Sequence record: LC778249.1
DNA: 64,000 nucleotides
Direction: 5' to 3' (one strand)
Part shown: positions 45,595 through 54,932 of the stretch, one piece after another
Numbering within the stretch: position 1 is the first letter of the stretch
Layout: every line of letters begins with the position of its first letter
The notes under the pieces: model-generated
What the model was told of the DNA's origin: nothing
The model's database searches: none
The model's input: the letters and a program-made list of their open reading frames with translations, nothing else
Translations under genes and position numbers: made by a program

Positions 45595-46331
45595 TAAGCT
45601 ACAAAATCAAAGAGCATATCCCGAACAAAGGTCGATTGAATAAATCGCTTACCGCGTTCGTGAAAATGTTCAGTGCTGCCGACGGGGAATTCGTTCCCCG
45701 TAAAGACAACAACGGCATGGTTTATGAACTCGTTTTCTGTTCATCCCAAAAAATCGTACCGTGTCCTGGTGTTAAAATCTCGGACATTGAAAAGGTAGCG
45801 ATCCGAGTTGATCGCACGATGGAAATCGGCAAATATTACAAATTCGAAAACGAAAACTCGATACGTGCTTTTTCTGTATCTCCTCAAAATCGTTCGTTCG
45901 TCGAGTATCTGAAAAAGCCGTTTCGCGTTGATGCAATGAACAATCTCGGCGCGGTGACAAAGGTCGTCAATTGCGATGGTGAAGTCGTTCGCCTCTCTAT
46001 GCCGATTATCGTTCCAAGTGAAATGCGTTTCTTCATTGAGGCAGTTCAACCAGTAGACGAATCACAGCTTAAAACCGCTCTGGAGTTCTGCTGGAGACAT
46101 GGCATTGATGCCAGCAACTTGACCATCAAGCAAGTTATTGCCAAGTATGGTGAGAAGGAACAAGAGCGGACATCGATCATGGATAAGATCTCGACTAAAC
46201 AGTCTCAGATCAAGGCCCAACGAGGCGTTATCGAACAACTACAAGATGAAATCCGCCGTAGACAAGAAACAATTAATGGCTACGAGAAACAAATCGCTCA
46301 ACTAGGCGATGATTATCGGAAGATTTCGTAA
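45591..46331 (+). CDS. hypothetical protein, paralog 3
   Basis: MEIGKYYKFENE..PQNR..IIVPSEMRFFIE plus coiled coil. Confidence 0.75.
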   Translation: MISYKIKEHIPNKGRLNKSLTAFVKMFSAADGEFVPRKDNNGMVYELVFCSSQKIVPCPGVKISDIEKVAIRVDRTMEIGKYYKFENENSIRAFSVSPQNRSFVEYLKKPFRVDAMNNLGAVTKVVNCDGEVVRLSMPIIVPSEMRFFIEAVQPVDESQLKTALEFCWRHGIDASNLTIKQVIAKYGEKEQERTSIMDKISTKQSQIKAQRGVIEQLQDEIRRRQETINGYEKQIAQLGDDYRKIS

Positions 46332-46787
46332 ATGGGACGTCCAACTGTTCATAATAAGTTGGACGCTCTAGTTCGATTCATGGCCGCGCTTGGCTATGAG
46401 GTAGCGAACGGAGCTCCATGGAGAGGCTTCAAACGAGGTCGAGTTTTCATTAGATTTTTCATTGCCAAATACATGTACGATTTCGCTTGTATAGACGGCA
46501 GCGGTGTTTACAAGTTTTCCAGCACCACGCCGAATTTGGTAATCATCAATGAAATGACATTGACAGGCGTCAATCGAGAATATAGATTCTTACGTAACGT
46601 TTGGAATCTAGCAGTTCGAAAACATAAGACATTTTCAATCTATGGAGTTCGAGAGTTACAGGTTGACAAAAAGCGTAGAATAGTGTTTGATTGTTGTGGT
46701 ATGTTACCGATTGGAGATTATGATGCAAGAACAGCTTTTGAACGACATGAACCTGATCCTGTCGAAAGTCAACATATGGCCAGCTAA
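46332..46787 (+). CDS. hypothetical protein
   Basis: Coupled ORF. Confidence 0.6.
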   Translation: MGRPTVHNKLDALVRFMAALGYEVANGAPWRGFKRGRVFIRFFIAKYMYDFACIDGSGVYKFSSTTPNLVIINEMTLTGVNREYRFLRNVWNLAVRKHKTFSIYGVRELQVDKKRRIVFDCCGMLPIGDYDARTAFERHEPDPVESQHMAS

Positions 46788-47382
46788 TGGTGCTGGCGGA
46801 TACAAGGGTTATCAGACGTTTATCAAGTCGTCTAAAAAACCGGTGTTTATTCCGTTTGTATGGGCACGACGCTGGGTAGAAGATCTACGATACAACTCGA
46901 CATTTCACCCTAGAATGGTGCATAGTCTGTATACCCCGAAAAAATGCTTGGTGGTGTTCACAAAAGAACAAGTGGAAGAAGCACTAAAGCAGTACGATAA
47001 GTGCAAGAATAAAAATTTCTCGTGGATGTTCTATCGCAAGACAGAGCACGAAATGGTTTATCAGACTGCCCATTCGGTAGTCACGCTAAAAGTAAAGCCG
47101 AATACAGGCTTAATGGGCATATTGCAAGAAATGGTAGACGGAGCTTGGGCAGACTTCAAAGCAGATCGACCCGTGATGGCAGAAATGTTTACTAGCGACG
47201 CAATCGCTCATAAATACAGCGATGATTTTTTCGCCAGACGTCAACATGATATGGGCCGCTGGGTCCGTAACTGGATAATTGACGAATGTCGTAAAAAGAG
47301 AATCCAGCTTGATTTCAAAAAGAATTACTGGCTGGATGACGTTTGGATTGAATTGGTACGTAACTCAATAAAAGGAAAGTAA
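46723..47382 (+). CDS. hypothetical protein
   Basis: GGAG SD. Confidence 0.65.
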   Translation: MQEQLLNDMNLILSKVNIWPANGAGGYKGYQTFIKSSKKPVFIPFVWARRWVEDLRYNSTFHPRMVHSLYTPKKCLVVFTKEQVEEALKQYDKCKNKNFSWMFYRKTEHEMVYQTAHSVVTLKVKPNTGLMGILQEMVDGAWADFKADRPVMAEMFTSDAIAHKYSDDFFARRQHDMGRWVRNWIIDECRKKRIQLDFKKNYWLDDVWIELVRNSIKGK

Positions 47383-47383
47383 C

Positions 47384-47488
47384 ATGTTAGTTCATACATG
47401 CAATCGTTGTTCGGCTAGTCTCTTTCACGCCGATATGTCTGATGGTTCTTGCCCGTTCTGCGGCAATGATGATATGGAGCCTCCCTAG
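47384..47488 (+). CDS. 34-aa zinc-ribbon protein
   Basis: AAGGA SD; CNRC..CPFC; not in the track. Confidence 0.65.
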   Translation: MLVHTCNRCSASLFHADMSDGSCPFCGNDDMEPP

Positions 47489-47500
47489 GGAGGCTTTTTT
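47478..47500 (+). terminator. intrinsic terminator
   Basis: AGCCTCCCTAGGGAGGCT followed by a T tract. Confidence 0.8.
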
Positions 47501-47512
47501 ATTTCCAATCTG

Positions 47513-47541
47513 TTGACATCATATCGATGTCATGAGAGAAT
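47513..47541 (+). promoter_or_regulatory. early promoter
   Basis: TTGACA-17-GAGAAT with TGn. Confidence 0.55.
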
Positions 47542-47564
47542 GCATTATCTAAACAAGAGGAATA

Positions 47565-48191
47565 ATGATGATCAGTTTTCAAGAAGCGAATTTGATCGAT
47601 GTAATCAAAGGCATGATCGCTCGCAAAACTACCGACACCAACAAGATCTATATTGCACATGGATGTAACTGCTTTGCCGCAATGGGAGCTGGATTCGCCG
47701 CACAAGTGGCGCGTCACTTCCCAGCAGCAGAGAAAGCAGATCGTCTGTATGCGAAAGAATTCAAGACAGAAGTTGACAAAGAAACGCATCAACTCGGCAC
47801 ACTGAGCGCAGCGGAAATCGGACATGGCACCGTGATGTTCAACCTGTATTCTCAACTTTATCCGGGCGCCGATTTTCGTCTTGATGCTTTCGAACGTGCA
47901 TTCGATGATATGATGCTCCGTCTTGAGGAAGCACACAATACCGAAGATGTTAAGCCGCTTGTTCTTATGCCTAGGATTGGCGCTGGTATCGGTGGTGGTA
48001 AGTGGGAAGAGATTCTGGAAGTAATCAAGAATTACGAAAACGTCGCCGACATTATCGTGTTTGACTATAAGCCGCTGGTAATCGTCAGCAGTTGCAAGAC
48101 TCACTATGAGGATCATAGTCCGTTTGTCAGCACGAAAGCGGAAGATGTCGATCTCGCACGATACATGGTAGAAGATGTTGAACAAGATTAA
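47565..48191 (+). CDS. macrodomain protein (T4 tk.4-like)
   Basis: IAHGCNCFAAMGAGFA, FNLYSQ, MPRIGAGIGGGKW. Confidence 0.9.
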   Translation: MMISFQEANLIDVIKGMIARKTTDTNKIYIAHGCNCFAAMGAGFAAQVARHFPAAEKADRLYAKEFKTEVDKETHQLGTLSAAEIGHGTVMFNLYSQLYPGADFRLDAFERAFDDMMLRLEEAHNTEDVKPLVLMPRIGAGIGGGKWEEILEVIKNYENVADIIVFDYKPLVIVSSCKTHYEDHSPFVSTKAEDVDLARYMVEDVEQD

Positions 48192-48212
48192 GCGCCTTCG
48201 GGCGCTTTTTTT
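48190..48212 (+). terminator. intrinsic terminator
   Basis: AAGCGCC-TTCG-GGCGCTTTTTTT. Confidence 0.9.
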
Positions 48213-48268
48213 GTTTGTGTTGTTTACCACATCATGATATTATGATAGTTCACTGAGAGGAGATTTTT

Positions 48269-48763
48269 ATGTTTAGTATGAAAGATATCGGCGAAGACGG
48301 CAAACTGATTCTTGTTCACAAGAACAAGATCAACAAAGTCGGAATAGTAGAATACACAGGTAATCCATTACATCCGTTTATCGTTCACGGTGACGTACCT
48401 TCTGTATGCGCATTGGAAAGCGATTCCACAGCTTTCTTTAAAAAGCTGAACGAGTGCATGGGTGATTACGAAAAAGCGGAGGTAGTCGATCCTAGCGTGT
48501 CTACCGACGTGTTTCCTATCAAGGCAGTTACTATCAAATCAACCGATAGCACAATCTACAAAGGAAAGAGACACCATATTCTGCACTGCCGAAACGCATA
48601 CGTGATTTATCGCAGCGGTACTAAGTTCTTCATCAAGGATTTTATTACAGGAACGCTCGATATTCATACAAAAGAAAGCGCCGTAGAGTTCGTAAATAGC
48701 AGTGACCATATTCACAAAATAATGAGGTATCGGGACAAATATGTTAGGTTTATTAACAAATAA
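48269..48763 (+). CDS. hypothetical protein
   Basis: GAGGAG SD. Confidence 0.7.
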   Translation: MFSMKDIGEDGKLILVHKNKINKVGIVEYTGNPLHPFIVHGDVPSVCALESDSTAFFKKLNECMGDYEKAEVVDPSVSTDVFPIKAVTIKSTDSTIYKGKRHHILHCRNAYVIYRSGTKFFIKDFITGTLDIHTKESAVEFVNSSDHIHKIMRYRDKYVRFINK

Positions 48764-49127
48764 GTGGGTAGCGGGTGCGTTGGGAATTGGATTGCTTTTT
48801 GGGTCTTTTTACTATATGCATGACACTATACAAGATCAAAAGCTTGAGATAAACAAACTAAGCGAAAACATAGCAACTCAGACGCGCATGGCCGACGAGT
48901 TGAGAGCGAATATATCTGAGCTACAGACTCAAGAACAATCGTTCTCCAAACGAATTGGAGAGCTTAATACAAAGCTTGATACTAAGATATCTGGCCTTGA
49001 GAAGATGATCGGACGTTCTGATGTCGTTGCCAAGAAGCCTAAGTTGGTAGAGAAGAAGATCAACGCCAGCTATGAAGGATTTACCAAAGATGCCGATTGC
49101 ATCATGGGAGGTAAGAAATGCAAATGA
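48741..49127 (+). CDS. pseT.3: i-spanin (pseT.3/Rz-like)
   Basis: N-terminal TM, coiled coil, C-terminal KKPKLVEKKIN and Cys. Confidence 0.8.
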   Translation: MLGLLTNKWVAGALGIGLLFGSFYYMHDTIQDQKLEINKLSENIATQTRMADELRANISELQTQEQSFSKRIGELNTKLDTKISGLEKMIGRSDVVAKKPKLVEKKINASYEGFTKDADCIMGGKKCK

Positions 49128-49435
49128 AATATGCGATGGTCGGCCTAACTTTACTGTTGGGTGGATGCGCATCTACAGCAGAGCAAATTAAGCCTGTTGT
49201 TTATCATCCTCCACTACCAGAAACAGTGGAGACATACAAGCCAGAGTGGCGAGTTATCCTAGACGAGGGAAAACCTTACGTAGCAATGAGCTATGATGAC
49301 TCAGTTAGATACCGAATCTGGCTTGAACGAGTGTTTGGTTATGTCAAGAAACAAAATGAGGTAATCTGTCACTATCGGAAAGATCTTAAAGAACCGAAAT
49401 GTGTAGACGTCGAAGACGGCGACGCCAGTCGCTAG
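49118..49435 (+). CDS. pseT.2: o-spanin lipoprotein (pseT.2/Rz1-like)
   Basis: Lipobox LLLGGC, Pro-rich segment, overlaps the i-spanin. Confidence 0.85.
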   Translation: MQMKYAMVGLTLLLGGCASTAEQIKPVVYHPPLPETVETYKPEWRVILDEGKPYVAMSYDDSVRYRIWLERVFGYVKKQNEVICHYRKDLKEPKCVDVEDGDASR

Positions 49436-49539
49436 TTAAGAAGATGTTACAAAAAGAGAAAATAAAATCTCTTATAATACTTTAATGAGAATTTACTTTG
49501 TCTTTTCTTTGGAGATCAATAAGTTAGCGGCTACGCCGC
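49419..49539. repeat. hairpin-bracketed AT-rich element, copy B (inverted)
   Basis: Core 49444-49507; hairpins GCGAC-GCCA-GTCGC and GCGGC-TAC-GCCGC. Confidence 0.9.
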
Positions 49540-49601
49540 GATCTTCGATTTCTGAACGTGTATAGATTATAATCAAACCGATCTGTTACCAGAAAATAGT
49601 G

Positions 49602-49630
49602 TTGACAGATCGGTATCTTGATGTAATAAT
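49602..49630 (+). promoter_or_regulatory. early promoter
   Basis: GTGTTGACA..TGTAATAAT; -35 overlaps the right arm of ACCGATCTGT/ACAGATCGGT. Confidence 0.7.
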
Positions 49631-49713
49631 CGCTTGGCAATCATCAATCAAACTCAACTAAGGAAGTGTGTAGAAAAAGGTATCTTTCTATTCCAAACAA
49701 ATAGGAGAAGAAA

Positions 49714-50235
49714 ATGTTAAAGAAGTTCGCATTACTACTGGCACTGATGGGCAGTGCATTTAATGCCAATGCTACAAACGATCTTGACCTCAACGAAAAT
49801 CAACTGTATGTTGTCAATCGTGCTTATGAGCTAGGTCAATCAATGGATTATGGGATGACTTTCGCCGCTATCGCTTTGACCGAGAGTCAAGCCGGTGAAG
49901 ATCTTGTAAACAACGTTTCCGGTGATTATGGTGTTTTTCAAAACAACCTGCGATACACCGTTCGAGCAATCGAAAAAGAGACTGGTTACAAAATGTCCCC
50001 GAAACAAGTTCGAGACCTGAAAAAGGGTCTAATCGAGAATATGGAGCTATCTGCTTCAATGACCGAACTGAACTTGAAATACTGGCAAAGTGTTCATGGT
50101 AAGAAGTCTTGGAGTAAAGTCATTGCTTCATACAATGCGGGTTTCAACTATCGCGGTAAAGATGGACAGACCTACCTTGCTAAAGTCAAATCCAATATGC
50201 GCAAATTGCAGAACTGCGATTGCATAGCACAATAA
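49714..50235 (+). CDS. secreted lytic transglycosylase-like protein (T4 vs.1-like)
   Basis: Signal peptide; IALTESQAG, DYGVFQ, SYNAG. Confidence 0.8.
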   Translation: MLKKFALLLALMGSAFNANATNDLDLNENQLYVVNRAYELGQSMDYGMTFAAIALTESQAGEDLVNNVSGDYGVFQNNLRYTVRAIEKETGYKMSPKQVRDLKKGLIENMELSASMTELNLKYWQSVHGKKSWSKVIASYNAGFNYRGKDGQTYLAKVKSNMRKLQNCDCIAQ

Positions 50236-50275
50236 CAAACGGCAGTCTTCGGACTGCCTCAGTCAGTGAGAAAAC

Positions 50276-50779
50276 ATGAAACACAACAAAGTAACAATCA
50301 ACACATTTGAAGACGATCAATGTCGGATGGATATTGACAAACGAGTTGTTGACTTTAATCTAGAAGCTGTCAAACTGGCAATTAATGAAATGGTCGGCGC
50401 TGACGATGACGACGATGATAACGAATGGGAAGATTACTCTTGCATTTGTGTTGAACTAGAGTATAATCACGAAAAGTTCACTAAAACATCTTGTGTTTAT
50501 GGTGACATTGAGGAAGCATTCAACGATTTTGTTGCCAGTATTGAACTGAGCGAGTCGTTGGTTGATGCGTTTGATCGCGTCGTTGTTAATCATTCGCATA
50601 ACAATGTTGTGATTGGTAATTATCCAAATCATGTTCATTTTGTTATCATGATGTCCGAACGTGCTCCGGGTACCGTTTTTATCAATGACATTACCCGCCG
50701 ATATAATGGTCCGTATACAAAACACACAAGCGTTAATGACGTTGTGCCGTATCTGACCGATGTAAGTATGAAAATCTAA
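50276..50779 (+). CDS. hypothetical acidic protein
   Basis: 167-aa ORF. Confidence 0.7.
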   Translation: MKHNKVTINTFEDDQCRMDIDKRVVDFNLEAVKLAINEMVGADDDDDDNEWEDYSCICVELEYNHEKFTKTSCVYGDIEEAFNDFVASIELSESLVDAFDRVVVNHSHNNVVIGNYPNHVHFVIMMSERAPGTVFINDITRRYNGPYTKHTSVNDVVPYLTDVSMKI

Positions 50780-50788
50780 GGAAAAATA

Positions 50789-51706
50789 ATGCCGTATCTT
50801 GAGTTAACTGTTGGTGTATCCTCTTCTGGCAAGAGCACCTACGCAAAGCAAGAAGTTAAAAAGTCTCGTGGTATCCTCGTTGAGGTAAATCGCGATAATG
50901 CCCGCAAATCGCTGTTTGCAATCGGTAGCTGGGGTGAATACAAGTTCAACAAAGACCGCGAAGACCTGGTAACTAAGGTCAATCGCGCTACCGTCGAAGC
51001 TGCCGTGGCAGAAAAGAAAAACGTTATCATCAGTGATACCAATCTGAGTCCGGTTTATCGCAAGCTGTGGCAAGAATACGCGGCTTCCGTCGGCTATGAA
51101 TATCGTGAGCTTTGGTTCAACGTTGATCTGGAAGAACTACAAAAGCGTAACAAGACTCGTGGTCCGTGGAAGCTCGACGCCGATCGCGTTGCTGCAATGC
51201 ACTCCCAGTTTGTTGAGCAGTTTAACCCCGAGGTACACACTGCTTATACTCCCGACTTTGCAGTGGAAACCCAACTTTATGAGCCGGACATCAGCAAGCC
51301 TAATGCGGTGATGTTCGATACCGATGGTACCACTGCGCACATGCACAATCGTGGTCCGTTCGAGTGGGACAAAGTAGGTCAAGATCTGCCGAAATACAAC
51401 GTAATCAATCACGCTAAAGATCTGAAAGCGCGTGGTATCACCGTTATCAACCTGAGCGGTCGCGATGGCGTTTGCAAAGAAGCAACTGCCGAGTGGTACA
51501 AGAAAGTAGGAATGCCTAACGATTTCCACTTCCAACGCGAAGCTGGGGATCAGCGTCCTGATGACGTAATCAAGAAAGAGCTGTTCTTCCGTGACATCGC
51601 TCCGCATTTCAATGTTCTGTATTGCGTCGATGATCGCAAAAAAGTGGTTGATATGTGGCGCTCACTTGGTCTTGAGTGCTGGGAAGTTCAGGAATCTAAC
51701 TTTTAA
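50789..51706 (+). CDS. pseT: polynucleotide 5'-kinase/3'-phosphatase
   Basis: GVSSSGKST P-loop; FDTDGT; LSGRD; VDDR. Confidence 0.95.
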   Translation: MPYLELTVGVSSSGKSTYAKQEVKKSRGILVEVNRDNARKSLFAIGSWGEYKFNKDREDLVTKVNRATVEAAVAEKKNVIISDTNLSPVYRKLWQEYAASVGYEYRELWFNVDLEELQKRNKTRGPWKLDADRVAAMHSQFVEQFNPEVHTAYTPDFAVETQLYEPDISKPNAVMFDTDGTTAHMHNRGPFEWDKVGQDLPKYNVINHAKDLKARGITVINLSGRDGVCKEATAEWYKKVGMPNDFHFQREAGDQRPDDVIKKELFFRDIAPHFNVLYCVDDRKKVVDMWRSLGLECWEVQESNF

Positions 51707-51710
51707 TCGC

Positions 51711-51735
51711 AAGGGGAGAAATCCCCTTGTTTCTT
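51711..51735 (+). terminator. probable terminator
   Basis: AAGGGGA-GAAA-TCCCCTT-GTTTCTT. Confidence 0.6.
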
Positions 51736-51779
51736 CTGTGCTATTGCTGTGATAGCATAGAGAGAAACAAGGAGTTTTT

Positions 51780-52067
51780 ATGTTCGCGATAACACACTTT
51801 GACGATAATCAACGTAGATCGGTTGTTGTTCAAGATGGTCGAGCTTGTATTTTCAAGACAAAACCTCTTGCAAAATCGTATCAAGTTGATATACTGGTAC
51901 CAAAGTTAAGTGAGCTAATTGAAGTTGGTGAACCAAATGGAAAGACTTTCTTTGGTAAGCCCAAATTCAAAAAGATTTCACTCGAAGATGTTCGAAAGAT
52001 CAAGAGAATGCTCGATACTATGATGATCGAACCGGTTACTAAAATCACATTTGGTAAAAATCGATGA
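51780..52067 (+). CDS. hypothetical protein
   Basis: AGGAG SD. Confidence 0.7.
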   Translation: MFAITHFDDNQRRSVVVQDGRACIFKTKPLAKSYQVDILVPKLSELIEVGEPNGKTFFGKPKFKKISLEDVRKIKRMLDTMMIEPVTKITFGKNR

Positions 52068-52321
52068 CTTACGACGATTTTAAAGACAACATTAATAAGC
52101 TGTTGCCTGTTATCGCTTCTGAGTTTGCGAAACATGGTGCGCAAATGCAAGTAACCGAAGTTCGCAAGGACGAGGTTATGATTGAAGCATTTCAGCCTAT
52201 CGTGATGCCAAATGGCATCAAGACTGTCAAACAGCATATCTTTACCGTGTGGCACAACAACGACAAGATGGAATGGTGTATCGGTAGACTGCCGCAGCAT
52301 CCACCTAAGGATATAAACTGA
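52064..52321 (+). CDS. hypothetical protein
   Basis: ATGA coupling. Confidence 0.7.
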   Translation: MTYDDFKDNINKLLPVIASEFAKHGAQMQVTEVRKDEVMIEAFQPIVMPNGIKTVKQHIFTVWHNNDKMEWCIGRLPQHPPKDIN

Positions 52322-52692
52322 TGGAAACTTATGTTTTCCCTTACTACACATTTGGGTTTTATGATACTGAGTTGAAGAAACTGATTCATGTTGATAATAG
52401 CTATACATTTTCTAGTGGTAATCCTACTTTGAAATTATACGGCACTCAACATTGGATGGATCTCAAGTTCAGATTGATCGCGGCTCATGTTGGTGTTAGT
52501 TTCGACATTGCGAAAGAAGCTTATTATGACATCGAGTGGCGCAAGCGTCCAGATTGTCAAAAGCATCCAGACATCGTGCGAGATCATCTAGATTTCATTA
52601 TGTCGATGAAGTCCTTGAAGTTCAAGGATCAATCTGTTATCATCAAGGTAGAAATACCTTCTGTTAACTTTGAGCCGAAACCAATCAAATGA
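52321..52692 (+). CDS. hypothetical protein
   Basis: AAGGA SD. Confidence 0.7.
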   Translation: METYVFPYYTFGFYDTELKKLIHVDNSYTFSSGNPTLKLYGTQHWMDLKFRLIAAHVGVSFDIAKEAYYDIEWRKRPDCQKHPDIVRDHLDFIMSMKSLKFKDQSVIIKVEIPSVNFEPKPIK

Positions 52693-53237
52693 AAACAACA
52701 ACTATGCTGCAAAATGCTTTCTTGGTAGCACAGGAAAGCAAATGTGTTAGTTACCGGGTTGGTGCGATTATCGCTAAAGATGATCGCCCTATAAGCAGTG
52801 GCTATAACGGTACCGTATCAGATCAACCGAACTGTGACGAAGTAGCACTGGACAACGGCTGGGCCGAATATGTAGACGTTCCTGGTGTTGGCAAAGAATT
52901 GCGCTTGCGAGAAGATAAGTCGGACGACTATTCAGCATGGGCAAAGTCTAATGTCATTCATGCAGAAATGAACGCTATTCTGTTCGCCGCGCGTGGTGGC
53001 AAATCAATTGAAGGCGCCACTATGTATTGCACTATGGCTCCGTGCCCTGATTGTGCAAAAATGATCGCTCAATCGCGAATCCGCACTCTGGTATATTGCG
53101 AGGAATACAACGGTGCTAGACAGGACTGGAGTAAGACTCTTACAGATTGCGGCGTGAAAGTGATTAAAATCGATAAGAAGTTTTTAACAATGATCAACTG
53201 GCAAACTGTACTATCTAAAAGGAAACGAATCGAATGA
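52689..53237 (+). CDS. cd: dCMP deaminase
   Basis: SKC...VGAII, GYNG, HAEMNAI, PCPDCAK. Confidence 0.95.
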   Translation: MKTTTMLQNAFLVAQESKCVSYRVGAIIAKDDRPISSGYNGTVSDQPNCDEVALDNGWAEYVDVPGVGKELRLREDKSDDYSAWAKSNVIHAEMNAILFAARGGKSIEGATMYCTMAPCPDCAKMIAQSRIRTLVYCEEYNGARQDWSKTLTDCGVKVIKIDKKFLTMINWQTVLSKRKRIE

Positions 53238-53563
53238 GAAAGTGGGAAGATCTCGCCGAAGGCGAAAAAGTAATCGTAAAACGTTGCGTTGAAGCAATTC
53301 TTCGCATGGGCGAACATCAAGTGGTGTTCGAAAAAGTAGACGGCACCATTCGAGTTGCTAATGCTACTCTGCAACCGAAGATCATTACCGAAGAAATTGG
53401 CAAAGAAGGGTTTGAAAAAGAAACCAAGCCTGCTACCATTCGTCGCGAAAGCTTCGAATCTTGCCGATTCTTCGAAGTTGGTAGCGGTAACTGGAGAAGC
53501 TTCCAGCTCCAGAAACTGATCAGTATCGGCACTCTGAAAATCGAAGACCTGATTCGAATCTAA
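53234..53563 (+). CDS. DUF2693/WYL-like protein (T4 a-gt.4-like)
   Basis: VVFEKVDGTIR...RRES...WRSF..KLISI. Confidence 0.7.
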   Translation: MRKWEDLAEGEKVIVKRCVEAILRMGEHQVVFEKVDGTIRVANATLQPKIITEEIGKEGFEKETKPATIRRESFESCRFFEVGSGNWRSFQLQKLISIGTLKIEDLIRI

Positions 53564-53565
53564 TG

Positions 53566-53612
53566 TTTACTGTGTCGCGTCAATGAGCTATTATAGCTTT
53601 GTTGACGCGACA
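53566..53612 (+). promoter_or_regulatory. promoter with a long imperfect inverted repeat centred on the -10
   Basis: TTTACT-17-TATTAT; TGTCGCGTCAA/TTGACGCGACA plus inner AGCTA/TAGCT. Confidence 0.6.
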
Positions 53613-53676
53613 AGCGAAACGAAAAGGGAGTTGCACTTAGATGCAACGTGTGTTAAACTCATTTGGAAGTAAATGA

Positions 53677-54084
53677 ATGAGTGAATTAGGATTTAGAGCA
53701 TTTGATGAACAAGTTGTCCTCGAATGCAACGCCGCTCGTAAGGGCGAAGAACTGAAAACTGAGTCCGGTTTTATTCTCGGAACTCGAAATCAAGGTGACA
53801 TTCCTCTGTATGGAACTGTCGTTTCTGTTGGTGAAAATTGTCCTGACAGTATCAAAGAACTGATTGGCAAAGACGTCGCATTGCCGCAAGGTGGCGGGAT
53901 TTACAGTAATGTCCCGGATCCGCGAATGGCATACGGTTTGATTCCTCGCGATAGCAAGGAAGCAAGAATCTTTGTAACAATGCATTACAAGGGCATTCGT
54001 ACCATCTATGATGGTCGTCCCGAAGGTGAAGTAGCTAAACCGGCCACACCTGCATTCAAATCAACTTTGACTCTACTCGGATAA
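53677..54084 (+). CDS. 31: co-chaperonin gp31
   Basis: TESGFILG..QGDIP..VVSVG..P; VPDP; FVTMHYKGI. Confidence 0.9.
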   Translation: MSELGFRAFDEQVVLECNAARKGEELKTESGFILGTRNQGDIPLYGTVVSVGENCPDSIKELIGKDVALPQGGGIYSNVPDPRMAYGLIPRDSKEARIFVTMHYKGIRTIYDGRPEGEVAKPATPAFKSTLTLLG

Positions 54085-54097
54085 TTAAGGAACTAAA

Positions 54098-54382
54098 ATG
54101 TCTGTAAAAACTTTTGTTGAAACTCTGGTACGTGGTGCTATCGTCTCTCAGCGTCAAGCTTGGAACTCTGGTAGCGAAAATCAAGGCGCATCTATCGACG
54201 TTCTGGCTGTTGCTCGCGATCTGGCAGCAAAACTGCCGAAGAACAAGAAAGCGGTTGAACTGGTCGAGTATGTTGATCAGTGGGACGTCGAGCAAGGTTA
54301 TGGCCTGCGCTTCGCTAAACCTCTGGATGTCCATGTCGTTCGCGGCATCGAATCTGAGCTGAAAAGCTACCTCAAAGCCTAA
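54098..54382 (+). CDS. rIII: lysis inhibition accessory protein rIII
   Basis: QRQAWNSGSENQGASIDV..FAKPL; follows 31. Confidence 0.88.
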   Translation: MSVKTFVETLVRGAIVSQRQAWNSGSENQGASIDVLAVARDLAAKLPKNKKAVELVEYVDQWDVEQGYGLRFAKPLDVHVVRGIESELKSYLKA

Positions 54383-54464
54383 TCTGGCAACGAGTTTTGA
54401 ATCTGGCGGAAAGTACGCTTTCCGCAAATAAACAAACATCAAAGAAACGATAAGGAATTACAAA

Positions 54465-54884
54465 ATGGCTAAGAAATCTCAACGCGGTAAAGGTCACTTC
54501 GCAATCTACAAAGCAACTGGTCTGTTCGCTAAGAACAAAGAACGTGATCTGAAACGTCATGTGGCAGTCCACGGTGACGACTCTGTAGCGGTTGCAGCTC
54601 TGAAAGCTGTTCCTGCCAAGTCTTCTCGCTGGGGCTATACCGGCCCGGAGAACCCGAAGAAGGGCGCTAAAGACTCTCGACTGGATGTTGCTCTGGCTCG
54701 CGCCGTTCGCAAGGCAGAACGTGTTTACAAGTTCGTCAAAGACAAGGATGCCGTTGTTCTGGGTCGCCAGAATCGCATCGTTGACGCCGAGACTCAGCGC
54801 ACTGAATTCAAATTCAAGCGTCATGCTCCGCGTCCGGAAGCTGCTCCGGTAAAGGCCAAGAAGCCTGTTCGCCGCGGCAAATAA
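54465..54884 (+). CDS. basic protein, 30.9-like
   Basis: KKGAKDSRL...RAV resembles T4 30.9; follows rIII. Confidence 0.55.
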   Translation: MAKKSQRGKGHFAIYKATGLFAKNKERDLKRHVAVHGDDSVAVAALKAVPAKSSRWGYTGPENPKKGAKDSRLDVALARAVRKAERVYKFVKDKDAVVLGRQNRIVDAETQRTEFKFKRHAPRPEAAPVKAKKPVRRGK

Positions 54885-54890
54885 AATCTG

Positions 54891-54913
54891 AAAGCCACCT
54901 TCGGGTGGCTTTT
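54891..54913 (+). terminator. intrinsic terminator
   Basis: Same stem-loop as 3563-3588. Confidence 0.9.
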
Positions 54914-54932
54914 TCGTAACTAAGGAGAAAGA

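Noticed and set aside
49665-49706. 12-aa micro-ORF before the transglycosylase gene
   Set aside because: SD spacing too short and no support
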